IMG/VR virus record: IMGVR_UViG_2872698443_000002
Reading direction: 5' to 3' (one strand)
Length of the DNA: 35,230 nucleotides
Source: a virus
Lineage: Duplodnaviria > Heunggongvirae > Uroviricota > Caudoviricetes
Shown here: one piece after another, positions 9,589-19,049 of the stretch
Position numbering within the stretch: the first letter of the stretch is position 1
Layout: each line of letters opens with the position of its first letter
Notes under the pieces: generated by a model
Seen by the model: the letters and a program-made list of their open reading frames with translations, nothing else
What the model was told of the DNA's origin: nothing
Database searches by the model: none
Position numbers and translations under genes: made by a program

Positions 9589-9822
9589 ATGCGCATTGAA
9601 ATAATGATCGATAAAGAGCAGAAGATTAGCCAGTCTACACTGGACGCCCTTGAATCCGAGCTTTACCGCAATCTGCGCCCCCTGTATCCCAAAACGGTAA
9701 TTCGTATCCGCAAAGGTAGCTCTAACGGTGTGGAACTTACCGGATTGCAACTGGACGAAGAAAGAAAACAAGTGATGAAAATTATGCAGAAGGTGTGGGA
9801 AGACGACAGCTGGCTGCATTAA
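9589..9822 (+). CDS. DinI-like protein
   Basis: 77 aa, MRIEIMIDKEQKISQSTLDALESELYRNLRPLYP...VMKIMQKVWEDDSWLH, resembling E. coli DinI (MRIEVTIAK...ETWESADDWF). RBS GAGG at 9576..9579. Its frame stays open upstream to 9517, overlapping the previous ORF. Confidence 0.8.
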   Translation: MRIEIMIDKEQKISQSTLDALESELYRNLRPLYPKTVIRIRKGSSNGVELTGLQLDEERKQVMKIMQKVWEDDSWLH

Positions 9823-10033
9823 GAAACGTTGCTGGCGTCTGAACCTGCTTCTGGCGTCAGCAAGGTTGAACCGCGAGCCTTGAGAGGCGTTAACCATAAG
9901 TAAAAAGACAGTAATCACTTGATTATCTATCAGGGCGAGACCTATGCTGCACTTTTAGTTATAACTCATAATGTATTGAAATTATTAGAATATATGTCAT
10001 TCTTAAAATGTGTATGCTTATCAAGGAGCAAGA

Positions 10034-10906
10034 ATGAAACGTGGCATTGTAGCTAATCCTAATGAAATGAGTTTTCATAGAAATAATAGTACGGTCTATC
10101 TTGGGGCAGGTTTAACTGAGCAGGATATTAATTATTTCTGCTTTTACTGGGATGATGTGGTTATTCTAGATAGTGAAAATATTCACTCGATTGTGCCTAA
10201 AGAAAAAGAATTATTAGATAATGGGGTATTACGTAGACCTATTATGAAACATGATGGTATGCTGAATATCCAAGACTTTCCATTTTTATATACGGAATTT
10301 CAGTTGCAGACATTGGATGAATTCAGGAAGAACGAGCCTGCTACTTATTGGCACTTTCATCAAACAGGGGAAAATTTAATATATGATAAAGAACAGAAAA
10401 CGGCCCTTCAGTTGAGATTGGAGTTGTTTAATGTTCTGAGAATTCCTGATAAAGATGCTCATATAGAAGATATATTACGTTTTAAAGATGATTGTCAGGA
10501 TGATCTTAATGCGTTACATGAGTACTTAGAAAAACTGTATACTGAAGTCCTTTATTCTAGAGACCCTAATCTAACGAGGGCTAAAAATTTTTCTTTATTA
10601 CAAGAGGCTGTAGTTAATCTTGATAAAGCTATCGAAGGGAAATGGAGAAATCCTATCAGAATGGGAGTCAAAGCCAATCCAGAAGTAGATGGTGGGCAGG
10701 TTATGGAATTTTTAAAACCGTTGTACCATGCTGCTATTGCTGGTTATTCAGGCGGTATTATTCCCGGTATGGTTACAGCCTTGGCAACCGCAATTCCAAG
10801 TTTTATAAAAATCCAACCAGAATGGGTGGGCTTTAGAGATAAGGGGCCTAAAGAATTAGCTTATCTTACCAAAGCAACGCATAAGGGGTTGATTAAGAGA
10901 GCTTAA
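10034..10906 (+). CDS. hypothetical protein; AT-rich cargo ORF in the A-to-cos variable region
   Basis: 290 aa from ATG 10034 (RBS AAGGAG 6 nt upstream; an upstream GTG at 10010 is also possible). Visibly AT-rich. C-terminal glycine-rich hydrophobic segment AAIAGYSGGIIPGMVTALATAIPSF. No catalytic motif recognised. Confidence 0.6.
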   Translation: MKRGIVANPNEMSFHRNNSTVYLGAGLTEQDINYFCFYWDDVVILDSENIHSIVPKEKELLDNGVLRRPIMKHDGMLNIQDFPFLYTEFQLQTLDEFRKNEPATYWHFHQTGENLIYDKEQKTALQLRLELFNVLRIPDKDAHIEDILRFKDDCQDDLNALHEYLEKLYTEVLYSRDPNLTRAKNFSLLQEAVVNLDKAIEGKWRNPIRMGVKANPEVDGGQVMEFLKPLYHAAIAGYSGGIIPGMVTALATAIPSFIKIQPEWVGFRDKGPKELAYLTKATHKGLIKRA

Positions 10907-11078
10907 GGCATTTTAATCGATTTTCGCAACTATATTCCTTCGTAACCACACAAGTGCATGACTATGCCGCATGAATCCGCATGATCGTTTGAGGATCGTT
11001 TTAGCTGAGGCCCGCTAGGAATGGCGGGCCTTTGCTTATGTCATGCAGGCGCATGAAAACCACTACATAAAGCGGGCA

Positions 11079-11097
11079 GGCGTGGCGGGGATACGAG
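11079..11097. other. candidate cos cohesive-end site (GGCGTGGCGGGGATACGAG)
   Basis: Lies in the intergenic region just downstream of portal gene Q, where P2/186 cos is located. The first 13 nt resemble my recollection of the 186/P2 cohesive end (GGCG(T/A)GGCGGGGA...). Confidence 0.4.
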
Positions 11098-11258
11098 CGC
11101 GCGCAACGGGGTAAAATGGCCAAAATCCGGCACAGCCTCTGGCCCGCTGGCGGCCTCATTTAGTGGAGGGGGGGGAGATGTCAGGGCAAAAAGAAACGCC
11201 CCGCAGAATGCTGCTGAGGCGTTGTGAGAGTTGGTCGGTTATTGATGTTATGAGTATG

Positions 11259-12302
11259 TCAGCTTCGTTTGCCCTTAAGTCCTAAGTCATAGGCTTCAAA
11301 ACGGATAACCTCTTCATCCAGCCAGTCATTCAGCTCCTGCAGTCGCTTTTGCAGGGGCATCAGTTCATTGCGGACGAAGACACGGCTCGCTTTTTCCACA
11401 TCCCCAAAGCCGCCAGTGTTGTTGGGAATGATGCCCATCATTTGCGGCGGTACGCGGTGAGCCGCCATCATGTCATCGCGGCTGACGTTCTTGATGTTCA
11501 GAAATTCATCCTTCGCCGCGACTTCCGACAACGGGATAATCTGAATGCCATCTTTTTTGCCGTTAGGCGAGTACATAAACAGGTTGCGGAAGTTGCCCGG
11601 TCCTTTAGCGCTTTTCATTGCCTTGCGGATGTTGTTCACATCCTCCTGGTTCTGTGCGGCGTCGGTCATGTACATGATGAAGCCTGCGTGGCTGCCGTTA
11701 ATGTAATACTTGCGGCGGAACAGCGTGGCGGATTCGTTGAGCAGAGCTGACGGAATGGCAGAAAGGTAACCCGGCAGACCATAAATCTCCTGGTTGATAT
11801 CCGGCTCCATCAGGTGGAAGACGTTACCTTTTGTGAACTGATACGGCTGTGTCGTCAGGCTGTATTGCACAAACCAGTATGTTTCAAGGTCAAGCCCGCG
11901 TCGGGTGTATTTTGCCAGTGCAGGCTCCAGCGAAATAACTTCACCAAAGCGGTTCGTGCGTTTCTCCAGGTAGGCGTTACCAAAAACCAGATAGTCCTGC
12001 ACAAAACGGGTAAATGCCTGCTGGCTGAGAAGGCGATGTGGAATATAGGTACTGCTGATAATGTCACGCTTAACACTGATCGGGGAGCTGTGGTGCACGG
12101 CGGCGCGGAAGGTGCGCGCCAGTCCGTCAAAGCTGATGGGCGGCTCATACCAGCGATCCATCTGTACGCATTCCACATAGTCCAGCAGTTCGCGGCGGTC
12201 CAGTACAGGAATGGGATCACCAAAGCTGAAAGCCTCCGCAACGGGTTTTTTAGTTTCTTCTGCAGTTACGGTTTCGCCTGGCGCGATATGTTCTTTCATC
12301 AA
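11259..12302 (-). CDS. Q: portal protein gpQ
   Basis: 347 aa; size, position next to cos and upstream of the terminase ATPase, and P2 gene order. Confidence 0.85.
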   Translation of the reverse strand: MMKEHIAPGETVTAEETKKPVAEAFSFGDPIPVLDRRELLDYVECVQMDRWYEPPISFDGLARTFRAAVHHSSPISVKRDIISSTYIPHRLLSQQAFTRFVQDYLVFGNAYLEKRTNRFGEVISLEPALAKYTRRGLDLETYWFVQYSLTTQPYQFTKGNVFHLMEPDINQEIYGLPGYLSAIPSALLNESATLFRRKYYINGSHAGFIMYMTDAAQNQEDVNNIRKAMKSAKGPGNFRNLFMYSPNGKKDGIQIIPLSEVAAKDEFLNIKNVSRDDMMAAHRVPPQMMGIIPNNTGGFGDVEKASRVFVRNELMPLQKRLQELNDWLDEEVIRFEAYDLGLKGKRS

Positions 12303-14065
12303 AAAATCTCCACAATATTGCTGGTATTGGCGGACTCGCCCTGCAGCGGTTCGTTAAACAGTGCGTGCATGGTTGCCCATGCCAGATCGGCATGGCTGGC
12401 TTCTTCGCTGCGGCTGGCTTCGTAGGTCGGGCGGTTGCCACTGGCGGTGGTGGCGCGACGGATTGCCATGAATGACTGCGCAATGTCGGTATGTCCGGCG
12501 TCAAACTCCAGACGGCGGTGGCTGATAATGTCGTAGGCCTTGAGTACCAGGGCGTTTTTAACGTTGGGGTTGTAGACAAACTCCCGGACGGCAGGAAAGA
12601 ACGCTTTCACGTTCTCGTAAACCCCGTGACCGACGCCGGTTGAGTCGATACCGATATAGGTCACGTTGTACTGTTCGGTCAGTTTTTTGATGGCGTCAGC
12701 CTGGGCGCGGAAGTCCATCCCGCGCCACTGGTGACGCTCAAGAATGCGAAACTTACCGCCTGGCACGGCTGGCGGTGCCACCACCACGCATCCGGCGCTG
12801 TCGCCGTTCTGCGTACCTTTTGCCGGGTCATAACCGATCCACACTTCGCGCCAGCCAAACGGGCGCAGGGCCAGTGCATGAAAGTCGGTCCAGACTTCCC
12901 AGCTGTCCACCATGCACGCCTGCAATTCGCTGAGCGGGAACACAGATGCGAGATCGTCAACGAACTCGCACATCAGCAGGTTCTGGTATTCGTCCGGGCT
13001 GTACTCCATGCGCAACTGGTCGAGGTCGAACAGGTTACAGCCGCCGCGTACCGCATCTTCCACGGTGACTATCTGGCGGTATTGCCCGTCTGCGCACAGC
13101 AGGCCGGGGGCCAGATTGCTGTGGGACAGGTCGATGTCCACCTTATCGGCTTTGTTGCGCCCACGGTTGAACAGCGCACCGGACCAGAACGGATAAGCAC
13201 TGTGTGTCAGGCTGGATGGCGTGGAAAAATAGGTCTGTCGCCATTTCTTGTGAATAGCCATACCGGAAGCCACTTTGCGCAGCTCCTGGAATTTCGGTAT
13301 CCAGAAATATTCATCCAGATACAGGTTGCCGTGGTAACTCTGGGCCGTGCGGGCATTGGTGCCGAGGAAATACAGTGTGGCCCCGTTGGGAAGCACCATC
13401 GGATCGCCTTTCAGCTCCACCTCCACTTCTTTGGCGAAGTCGATGATGTACTGCTTAAAGACGTGAGCCTGTGCCTTACTGGCAGAAAGGAAAATCTGGT
13501 TACGTCCGGTAAGCAGGGCGTCAATCAGGGCTTCACGGGCAAAGTAAAAGGTCGCACCGATCTGGCGTGACTTCAGCAGGTTGCGGATGCGGTTGGTTTT
13601 TCCGGCTTCCCACCAGTGGCGCTGATAGTTGAACATGGAGGAATGGAAGATTTCTTCCAGCTTCTCAATCTGTTCATCGGTGAAAACGTTCTTTTCCGGC
13701 TGACGACGCGGGCCTTTGTTGCGGTTGGCGACGTTAGGGTTTAAGTCGGCTTCGTTGCCGCCATTGTTAAACTTGCCGATCCGCGCGTGGCGCTCCGACT
13801 GGCGCGCCAGCAAGTCAATCTCTTTGAAATCTTTCCCTTCTTTGTGCTCCTTCATAATGAGCTGGCAGTAGCGTGCGGCGGTGGTGAGCTGCATCTGATC
13901 CAGCGGCCCATAGTCACCCCACTTGTCGCGTTTTTTCCAGCTGTGAACGGTTGCAACTTTCTCGCCCAGCATTTCAGCAATGCGGGCTACGCGATATCCC
14001 TGAAAGTACAGCAGCATGGCCTGCCGACGGGGATCGAGATCTGCGGATGTCAGTGTGGTGTTCAT
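12299..14065 (-). CDS. P: terminase large (ATPase) subunit gpP
   Basis: 588 aa, overlaps the Q start by 4 nt. Length and position match P2 gpP. Confidence 0.9.
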   Translation of the reverse strand: MNTTLTSADLDPRRQAMLLYFQGYRVARIAEMLGEKVATVHSWKKRDKWGDYGPLDQMQLTTAARYCQLIMKEHKEGKDFKEIDLLARQSERHARIGKFNNGGNEADLNPNVANRNKGPRRQPEKNVFTDEQIEKLEEIFHSSMFNYQRHWWEAGKTNRIRNLLKSRQIGATFYFAREALIDALLTGRNQIFLSASKAQAHVFKQYIIDFAKEVEVELKGDPMVLPNGATLYFLGTNARTAQSYHGNLYLDEYFWIPKFQELRKVASGMAIHKKWRQTYFSTPSSLTHSAYPFWSGALFNRGRNKADKVDIDLSHSNLAPGLLCADGQYRQIVTVEDAVRGGCNLFDLDQLRMEYSPDEYQNLLMCEFVDDLASVFPLSELQACMVDSWEVWTDFHALALRPFGWREVWIGYDPAKGTQNGDSAGCVVVAPPAVPGGKFRILERHQWRGMDFRAQADAIKKLTEQYNVTYIGIDSTGVGHGVYENVKAFFPAVREFVYNPNVKNALVLKAYDIISHRRLEFDAGHTDIAQSFMAIRRATTASGNRPTYEASRSEEASHADLAWATMHALFNEPLQGESANTSNIVEIF

Positions 14066-14111
14066 GGCACAAACCTACAGCCTTGAATGAAGGCTTTCCC
14101 CGCCTGCGGTT

Positions 14112-14129
14112 TGTGTGGTTGTCGGTACA
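14112..14129. promoter_or_regulatory. Ogr-type late-promoter activator site (TGT-N12-ACA) in the divergent P/O intergenic region
   Basis: TGTgtggttgtcggtACA, centred about 87 bp upstream of the O start and 55 bp upstream of the P start. The partial dyad TGT-N12-ACA is the P2 late-promoter element. Confidence 0.5.
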
Positions 14130-14207
14130 AATACCGCGCATTGTTTCACTGCCCCCATCACCGCAACCATAAGGCTCCAGTAAGTTTTTTCTAACGGAGC
14201 ACGGCTC

Positions 14208-15041
14208 ATGACAGTGAAAGCAAAGCGTTTTCGCATCGGGGTGGAAGGTGCCACCACCGACGGACGCGAAATCCAGCGTGAATGGCTGGAACAGATGGCA
14301 GCCAGCTACAACCCGGCGGTGTATACCGCGCTGATTAACCTTGAGCACATCAAGTCTTATCTGCCGGACAGCACCTTTAACCGCTACGGCAAGGTGACGG
14401 CGCTGTTTGCTGAAGAAATCACGGAAGGTCCGCTGGCAGGCAAGATGGCGCTGTATGCCGACGTTGAGCCAACGGAGTCCCTGGTGGAACTGGTGAAAAA
14501 AGGCCAGAAATTATTCACCTCTATGGAAGTCAGCCCGAAGTTCGCTGATACGGGCAAAGCCTACCTGGTCGGCCTGGCTGCCACTGATGACCCTGCCAGT
14601 CTGGGTACGGAAATGCTGACATTCAGCGCCAGTGCAGCCCATAACCCGCTGGCAAACCGCAAGCAGAATCCTGCCAATCTCTTTACCGCTGCAGAGGAAA
14701 CGGTGATCGAACTGGAAGAAATCCAGGACGACAAACCGTCCCTGTTTGCCCGCGTCACGGCGCTGTTTACCAAAAAAGAGCAGTCCGATGACGCCCGGTT
14801 CTCTGATGTGCATAAGGCCGTGGAGCTGGTCGCCACTGAGCAGCAAAACCTGAGCGCACGCACCGAAAAATCCCTGTCTGAGCAGGAAGAACGCCTGTCT
14901 GAGCTGGAGACTGCCCTGCAGGCACAGCAAACCGCCTTTAACGAACTGGTGGACAAGCTGAGTCATGAAGACAGCCGCCAGGACTACCGCCAGCGTGCAA
15001 CAGGCGGTAACGCCCCCGCTGACACTCTGACCAATTGCTGA
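14208..15041 (+). CDS. O: capsid scaffolding protein gpO
   Basis: 277 aa, first gene of the rightward head operon; acidic, coiled-coil-like C-terminal half. Confidence 0.85.
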   Translation: MTVKAKRFRIGVEGATTDGREIQREWLEQMAASYNPAVYTALINLEHIKSYLPDSTFNRYGKVTALFAEEITEGPLAGKMALYADVEPTESLVELVKKGQKLFTSMEVSPKFADTGKAYLVGLAATDDPASLGTEMLTFSASAAHNPLANRKQNPANLFTAAEETVIELEEIQDDKPSLFARVTALFTKKEQSDDARFSDVHKAVELVATEQQNLSARTEKSLSEQEERLSELETALQAQQTAFNELVDKLSHEDSRQDYRQRATGGNAPADTLTNC

Positions 15042-15057
15042 TGGAGCACAAAACCCG

Positions 15058-16116
15058 ATGAAGAAGAATACCCGCTTTGCTTTTAACGCTTACCTGCAGC
15101 AGCTGGCGCGTCTGAACGGTGTGGCAGTTGAAGAACTGTCCAGCAAGTTCACCGTGGAGCCGTCTGTACAGCAGACGCTGGAAGACCAGATCCAGCAGTC
15201 CGCCGCTTTCCTGACGCTGATTAACGTCACGCCAGTGACTGAGCAGTCCGGTCAGCTGCTGGGGTTGGGTGTTGGCAGCACCATTGCCGGAACCACTGAT
15301 ACCACCGCGAAAGAGCGTGAACCTGTCGATCCGACGCTGATGGTCGATGTGGAATACAAATGCGAGCAGACCAACTTTGACACGGTGCTGACCTACGCGA
15401 AGCTGGACTTGTGGGCGAAATTTCAGGATTTCCAGGTGCGTATCCGTGACGCCATCGTGAAACGTCAGGCACTGGACCGCATCATGATCGGCTTTAACGG
15501 CGTGAAGCGTGCGAAAACCTCCAACCGTAGTGAAAACCCGCTGCTGCAGGATGTGAACAAAGGCTGGCTGCAGAAAATCCGTGAGGATGCACCGGATCAC
15601 GTCATGGGCAGCACCACCACAGGCGGTGAAACCACACCGGGCGCGGTGAAAGTCGGTAAAGGTGGCGAATATGCCAACCTGGACGCCGTGGTGATGGATG
15701 CCGTCAATGAGCTTATCGACGTGGTCTACCAGGACGATGACGATCTGGTGGTGATTTGCGGTCGTGAGCTGTTGTCTGACAAGTATTTCCCACTGGTCAA
15801 CAAAGAGCAGGAAAACAGTGAAAAACTCGCTGCCGATATGATCATCAGTCAGAAACGCATGGGTGGCCTGCAGGCCGTGCGTGCGCCGTTCTTCCCGCCG
15901 AATGCACTGCTGATCACCCGTCTGGATAACTTGTCCATCTACTGGCAGGAAGACACCCGCCGCCGTTCAGTTATCGACAACCCGAAACGTGACCGGATTG
16001 AAAACTTTGAATCCGTTAATGAAGCCTATGTGGTTGAGGACTACCGCTGCGCCGCACTGGTGGAAAACATCCAGATTGGTGATTTCAGCGCCGCCGCAGC
16101 AGAAGCCGGAGCGTAA
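15058..16116 (+). CDS. N: major capsid protein gpN
   Basis: 352 aa, follows the scaffold gene; size matches P2 gpN. Confidence 0.9.
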   Translation: MKKNTRFAFNAYLQQLARLNGVAVEELSSKFTVEPSVQQTLEDQIQQSAAFLTLINVTPVTEQSGQLLGLGVGSTIAGTTDTTAKEREPVDPTLMVDVEYKCEQTNFDTVLTYAKLDLWAKFQDFQVRIRDAIVKRQALDRIMIGFNGVKRAKTSNRSENPLLQDVNKGWLQKIREDAPDHVMGSTTTGGETTPGAVKVGKGGEYANLDAVVMDAVNELIDVVYQDDDDLVVICGRELLSDKYFPLVNKEQENSEKLAADMIISQKRMGGLQAVRAPFFPPNALLITRLDNLSIYWQEDTRRRSVIDNPKRDRIENFESVNEAYVVEDYRCAALVENIQIGDFSAAAAEAGA

Positions 16117-16119
16117 ACC

Positions 16120-16770
16120 ATGAGCCTGAGTCCCGCACGGCAGCATCGCCTGCGCGTTCAGGCTGAACAGGCCGCCCGTGAGGGCGGCAGTGTTCGCCAC
16201 GCGTCGGGCTATGACCTGATGCTGCTGCAGCTGGCGGAAGACCGCCGCCGTCTCAAGGGCGTTCAGTCCACGGTGAAAAAAGCGGAAATAAAGGTGGAGC
16301 TGCTGCCGAAATATGCCGCCTGGGCGGAGGGCGTCCTGGCTGCCGGAGGCGCTCAACAGGATGACGTGCTGATGTACGTGATGCTGTGGCGCATTGATGC
16401 CGGAGATTATGCCGGGGCGCTGGAGATCGGGCGTCATGCCCTGCGTCATGGCTGGGTGATGCCTCTGGGTAACCGCAACGTGCAGACCGTGCTGGCAGAG
16501 GAAATGGCAGATGCAGCGCAGAGCGCAATGCTTGCCGCTACCGGCTTTGATGCCGATCTGTTGCTGCAGACGCTGGAGCTGACAGACGGTCTGGATATGC
16601 CGGACCAGTCACGGGCGCGTCTGCATAAAGCGATTGGCGCTGTCCTGAGTGAAAGCAATCCGGCTTCCGCCCTTAATCATCTCAACCATGCGTTACAGCT
16701 CGATCCCCGCTGTGGCGTGAAAAAAGACAAACAGCAGCTGGAGCGCAGACTGCGCAATGACAGCCGCTGA
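16120..16770 (+). CDS. M: terminase small (endonuclease) subunit gpM
   Basis: 216 aa, immediately after the capsid gene, as P2 gpM. Confidence 0.8.
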   Translation: MSLSPARQHRLRVQAEQAAREGGSVRHASGYDLMLLQLAEDRRRLKGVQSTVKKAEIKVELLPKYAAWAEGVLAAGGAQQDDVLMYVMLWRIDAGDYAGALEIGRHALRHGWVMPLGNRNVQTVLAEEMADAAQSAMLAATGFDADLLLQTLELTDGLDMPDQSRARLHKAIGAVLSESNPASALNHLNHALQLDPRCGVKKDKQQLERRLRNDSR

Positions 16771-16865
16771 CAGAACGTGCCCCCGCGCACGGGCGGCACG
16801 GGGTGGCGAAAGGCATAGCCACATCAAAATCCCGTCCACCGCCCTCTATTTCAGGAGAAAGCAGC

Positions 16866-17330
16866 ATGAAGTTTGTTGCGCCAGAACAGGCACCGGAACA
16901 GGCGGAAATCATCAGGAATACGCCGTTCTGGCCTGATGTGGACCTGTCGGAGTTTCGCAGTGTCATGCGCACTGACGGCACGGTGACGCAGCCGCGTTTA
17001 AAGCAGGTTGCGCTGTCGGCAATTTCGGAGGTCAACGCAGAGCTGTATGAGTTTCGCAGACGTCAGCAGATGCTGGGGTATGCGTCGCTGGCTGAGGTTC
17101 CGGCGGAACAGCTGGACGGCAAAAGTGAGCGCATTCAGCATTATTTCAACGCGGTTTACTGCTGGGCACGCGCCATGCTCAACGAGCGTTATCAGGACTA
17201 TGACGCCACGGCATCCGGTGTGAAGCGGGGCGAGGAACTGGCGGAAGCAAGCGGTGATTTGTGGCGTGACGCCCGCTGGGCCATCAGCCGGGTGCAGGAT
17301 GCGCCGCACTGCACAGTGGAGCTTATCTGA
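16866..17330 (+). CDS. L: head completion/stabilisation protein gpL
   Basis: 154 aa from ATG 16866, preceded by CAGGAGAAAG. The ORF-track start at 16803 is a GTG further upstream. Confidence 0.8.
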   Translation: MKFVAPEQAPEQAEIIRNTPFWPDVDLSEFRSVMRTDGTVTQPRLKQVALSAISEVNAELYEFRRRQQMLGYASLAEVPAEQLDGKSERIQHYFNAVYCWARAMLNERYQDYDATASGVKRGEELAEASGDLWRDARWAISRVQDAPHCTVELI

Positions 17331-17533
17331 TGAAAGTGCGTGCGTATCAGTATGACACGGTGGACGCGCTTTGCTGGCGTCATTACGGGCGCACGCAGGG
17401 TGTCACGGAGCAGGTACTGAAGGCAAATCCGGGGCTTGCCGAATACGGCCCCTTTTTACCTCACGGGCTGCAGGTGGAGCTGCCGGACATACCGACAACC
17501 ACCACCGTGCAGACTGTCCAGCTATGGGACTGA
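17330..17533 (+). CDS. X: tail protein gpX
   Basis: 67 aa, same size and position as P2 X; its ATG overlaps the L stop (TGATG). Confidence 0.8.
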   Translation: MKVRAYQYDTVDALCWRHYGRTQGVTEQVLKANPGLAEYGPFLPHGLQVELPDIPTTTTVQTVQLWD

Positions 17534-17536
17534 ATT

Positions 17537-17752
17537 ATGACGCTTGAGCGAATCAGCGCCTTTATCACGTATTGCATCGCCGTCGTGCTGGCCTGGCTGG
17601 GCGATTTGTCCATCAAGGATGCCTCAACGCTGGGCGGCCTGATGATTGGTGTGCTGATGCTGGCTATCAACTGGTACTACAAACACAAAGCCTACCAGCT
17701 TCTGCGCGACGGGCAGATCTCGCGGGAGGACTATGAATCCATCAATCGTTAA
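17537..17752 (+). CDS. putative holin
   Basis: 71 aa with two hydrophobic helices and a charged C-terminus, immediately upstream of the endolysin. Confidence 0.6.
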   Translation: MTLERISAFITYCIAVVLAWLGDLSIKDASTLGGLMIGVLMLAINWYYKHKAYQLLRDGQISREDYESINR

Positions 17753-18245
17753 ACGCTGCCTTGTCGGGACCGTGCTGGCTATTGCTGCCACGCTGCCGGG
17801 TTTTCAGCAGCTTCACACCTCCGTGGAGGGGCTGAAACTGATTGCCGATTATGAAGGTTGTCGTCTGCAGCCGTATCAGTGCAGCGCGGGTGTCTGGACC
17901 GACGGCATTGGTAATACGTCGGGCGTCATTCCCGGCAAAACCATTACGGAGCGACAGGCAGCAGAAGGGCTGATCTCCAACGTGCTGCGTGTGGAGCGGG
18001 CGCTGGAAAGGTGTGTGAAGCAACAGCCGCCGCAGAAGGTGTATGACGCTGCGGTGTCGTTTGCCTTCAACGTGGGAACGGGCAATGCCTGCAGTTCCAC
18101 GCTGGTGAAATTGCTCAATCAGCGGCGCTGGGCGGATGCGTGCCGACAGTTGCCGCGCTGGGTTTATGTGAAAGGTGTTTTTAATCAGGGGCTGGATAAC
18201 CGCCGTGCGCGGGAGATGGCCTGGTGCTTACAGGGAGCAAACTGA
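17733..18245 (+). CDS. endolysin, phage lysozyme (GH24-like) with N-terminal signal-anchor-like segment
   Basis: 170 aa. Contains the lysozyme-type E...D...T region (LKLIADYEGCRLQPYQCSAGVWTDGIGNT). N-terminal hydrophobic stretch VGTVLAIAATLPGF suggests a SAR-type endolysin. Confidence 0.85.
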   Translation: MNPSIVKRCLVGTVLAIAATLPGFQQLHTSVEGLKLIADYEGCRLQPYQCSAGVWTDGIGNTSGVIPGKTITERQAAEGLISNVLRVERALERCVKQQPPQKVYDAAVSFAFNVGTGNACSSTLVKLLNQRRWADACRQLPRWVYVKGVFNQGLDNRRAREMAWCLQGAN

Positions 18246-18246
18246 A

Positions 18247-18624
18247 ATGAAAAAGAAAGTAATCAGCGGGCTGTTTCTGATGTTATGGATGGCGCTGTTG
18301 ATCGCAGCAATGGTGTATCCGCAGGGGATTTTTCCGGTACTGGCAGCGTCCGGTGTCTGGGTAGCCTGTCTGCTGACATGGGCGGTAATTCCGGTAGCAC
18401 TGGCTGCGTTAATTAAGAACGGCCCGCTCTGGCAGGAGTTGAGGGCATCTTTGCTAAAGACCATTACCCGAAAAGAAAACGTATTTATCAGCTGGGTGAT
18501 GCGATTGCTGATTGTCGTAAGTTTCGCCTGGACGGGGTGGGCTATTACCCTGGTCTTTTATCTGCTGACCGTTATTGCCTTCTGGATGATCCGTAATCAG
18601 ATTGCGCAACAGGTAGCAGCATGA
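18247..18624 (+). CDS. lysA: LysA-like lysis-timing membrane protein
   Basis: 125 aa from ATG 18247; three or four hydrophobic helices; position matches P2 lysA. Confidence 0.6.
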   Translation: MKKKVISGLFLMLWMALLIAAMVYPQGIFPVLAASGVWVACLLTWAVIPVALAALIKNGPLWQELRASLLKTITRKENVFISWVMRLLIVVSFAWTGWAITLVFYLLTVIAFWMIRNQIAQQVAA

Positions 18625-19049
18625 ACCGGTTGCTGCTGGTTGTGCTGGCGTTATTACTGGCGGCGCTGGGCTGGCAGACGTGGCGGCTGGCTGATGCCAG
18701 CCAGACCATCAGCACGCAGGCAGACGAGCTTCGGAGCAAAAGCCAGGCACTGGCAAAGAGCAACAGCCAGCTTATCAGCCTGTCCATTCTGACTGAAACC
18801 AATAACCGGGAGCAGGCGCGGCTCTATGCCGAAGCAGAACAGACCAGTGTACTGCTGAGACAACGACAACACCGGATTGAGGAACTGAAACGTGAGAACG
18901 AGGATTTACGCCGCTGGGCTGATACTCCTTTGCCTGCTGACATTATCCGGCTGCGGGAACGCCCCACACTCACCGGAGGTGCAGCTTACCGTCAGTGGTT
19001 GTCCGCGAGTGACGCCGTGTCGGCTGGGACAGGCAGCGCCGCGCACTAA
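18621..19049 (+). CDS. lysB: Rz-like inner-membrane spanin (LysB)
   Basis: 142 aa with an N-terminal transmembrane helix and a coiled-coil-like periplasmic region; contains the out-of-frame nested lysC. Confidence 0.7.
   Translation: MNRLLLVVLALLLAALGWQTWRLADASQTISTQADELRSKSQALAKSNSQLISLSILTETNNREQARLYAEAEQTSVLLRQRQHRIEELKRENEDLRRWADTPLPADIIRLRERPTLTGGAAYRQWLSASDAVSAGTGSAAH

Noticed and set aside
9833-9859. Direct repeat CTGGCGTC x2 with flanking TTGCTG/CAGCAA downstream of the DinI-like gene
   Set aside because: Stem would be only 6 bp with a 23-nt loop and no T-run; not a convincing terminator or site.
9571-9918. 115-aa minus-strand ORF overlapping the DinI-like gene
   Set aside because: Antisense to a recognisable DinI homologue; no start context.
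10034-10906. HEPN-like R-x6-H (RIPDKDAH) in the 290-aa cargo protein
   Set aside because: A single short motif without surrounding helical context is far too weak to assign a HEPN RNase; kept only as a note inside the finding.
12731-13570. 279-aa plus-strand ORF inside the terminase large-subunit gene
   Set aside because: Antisense to gpP; no independent support.
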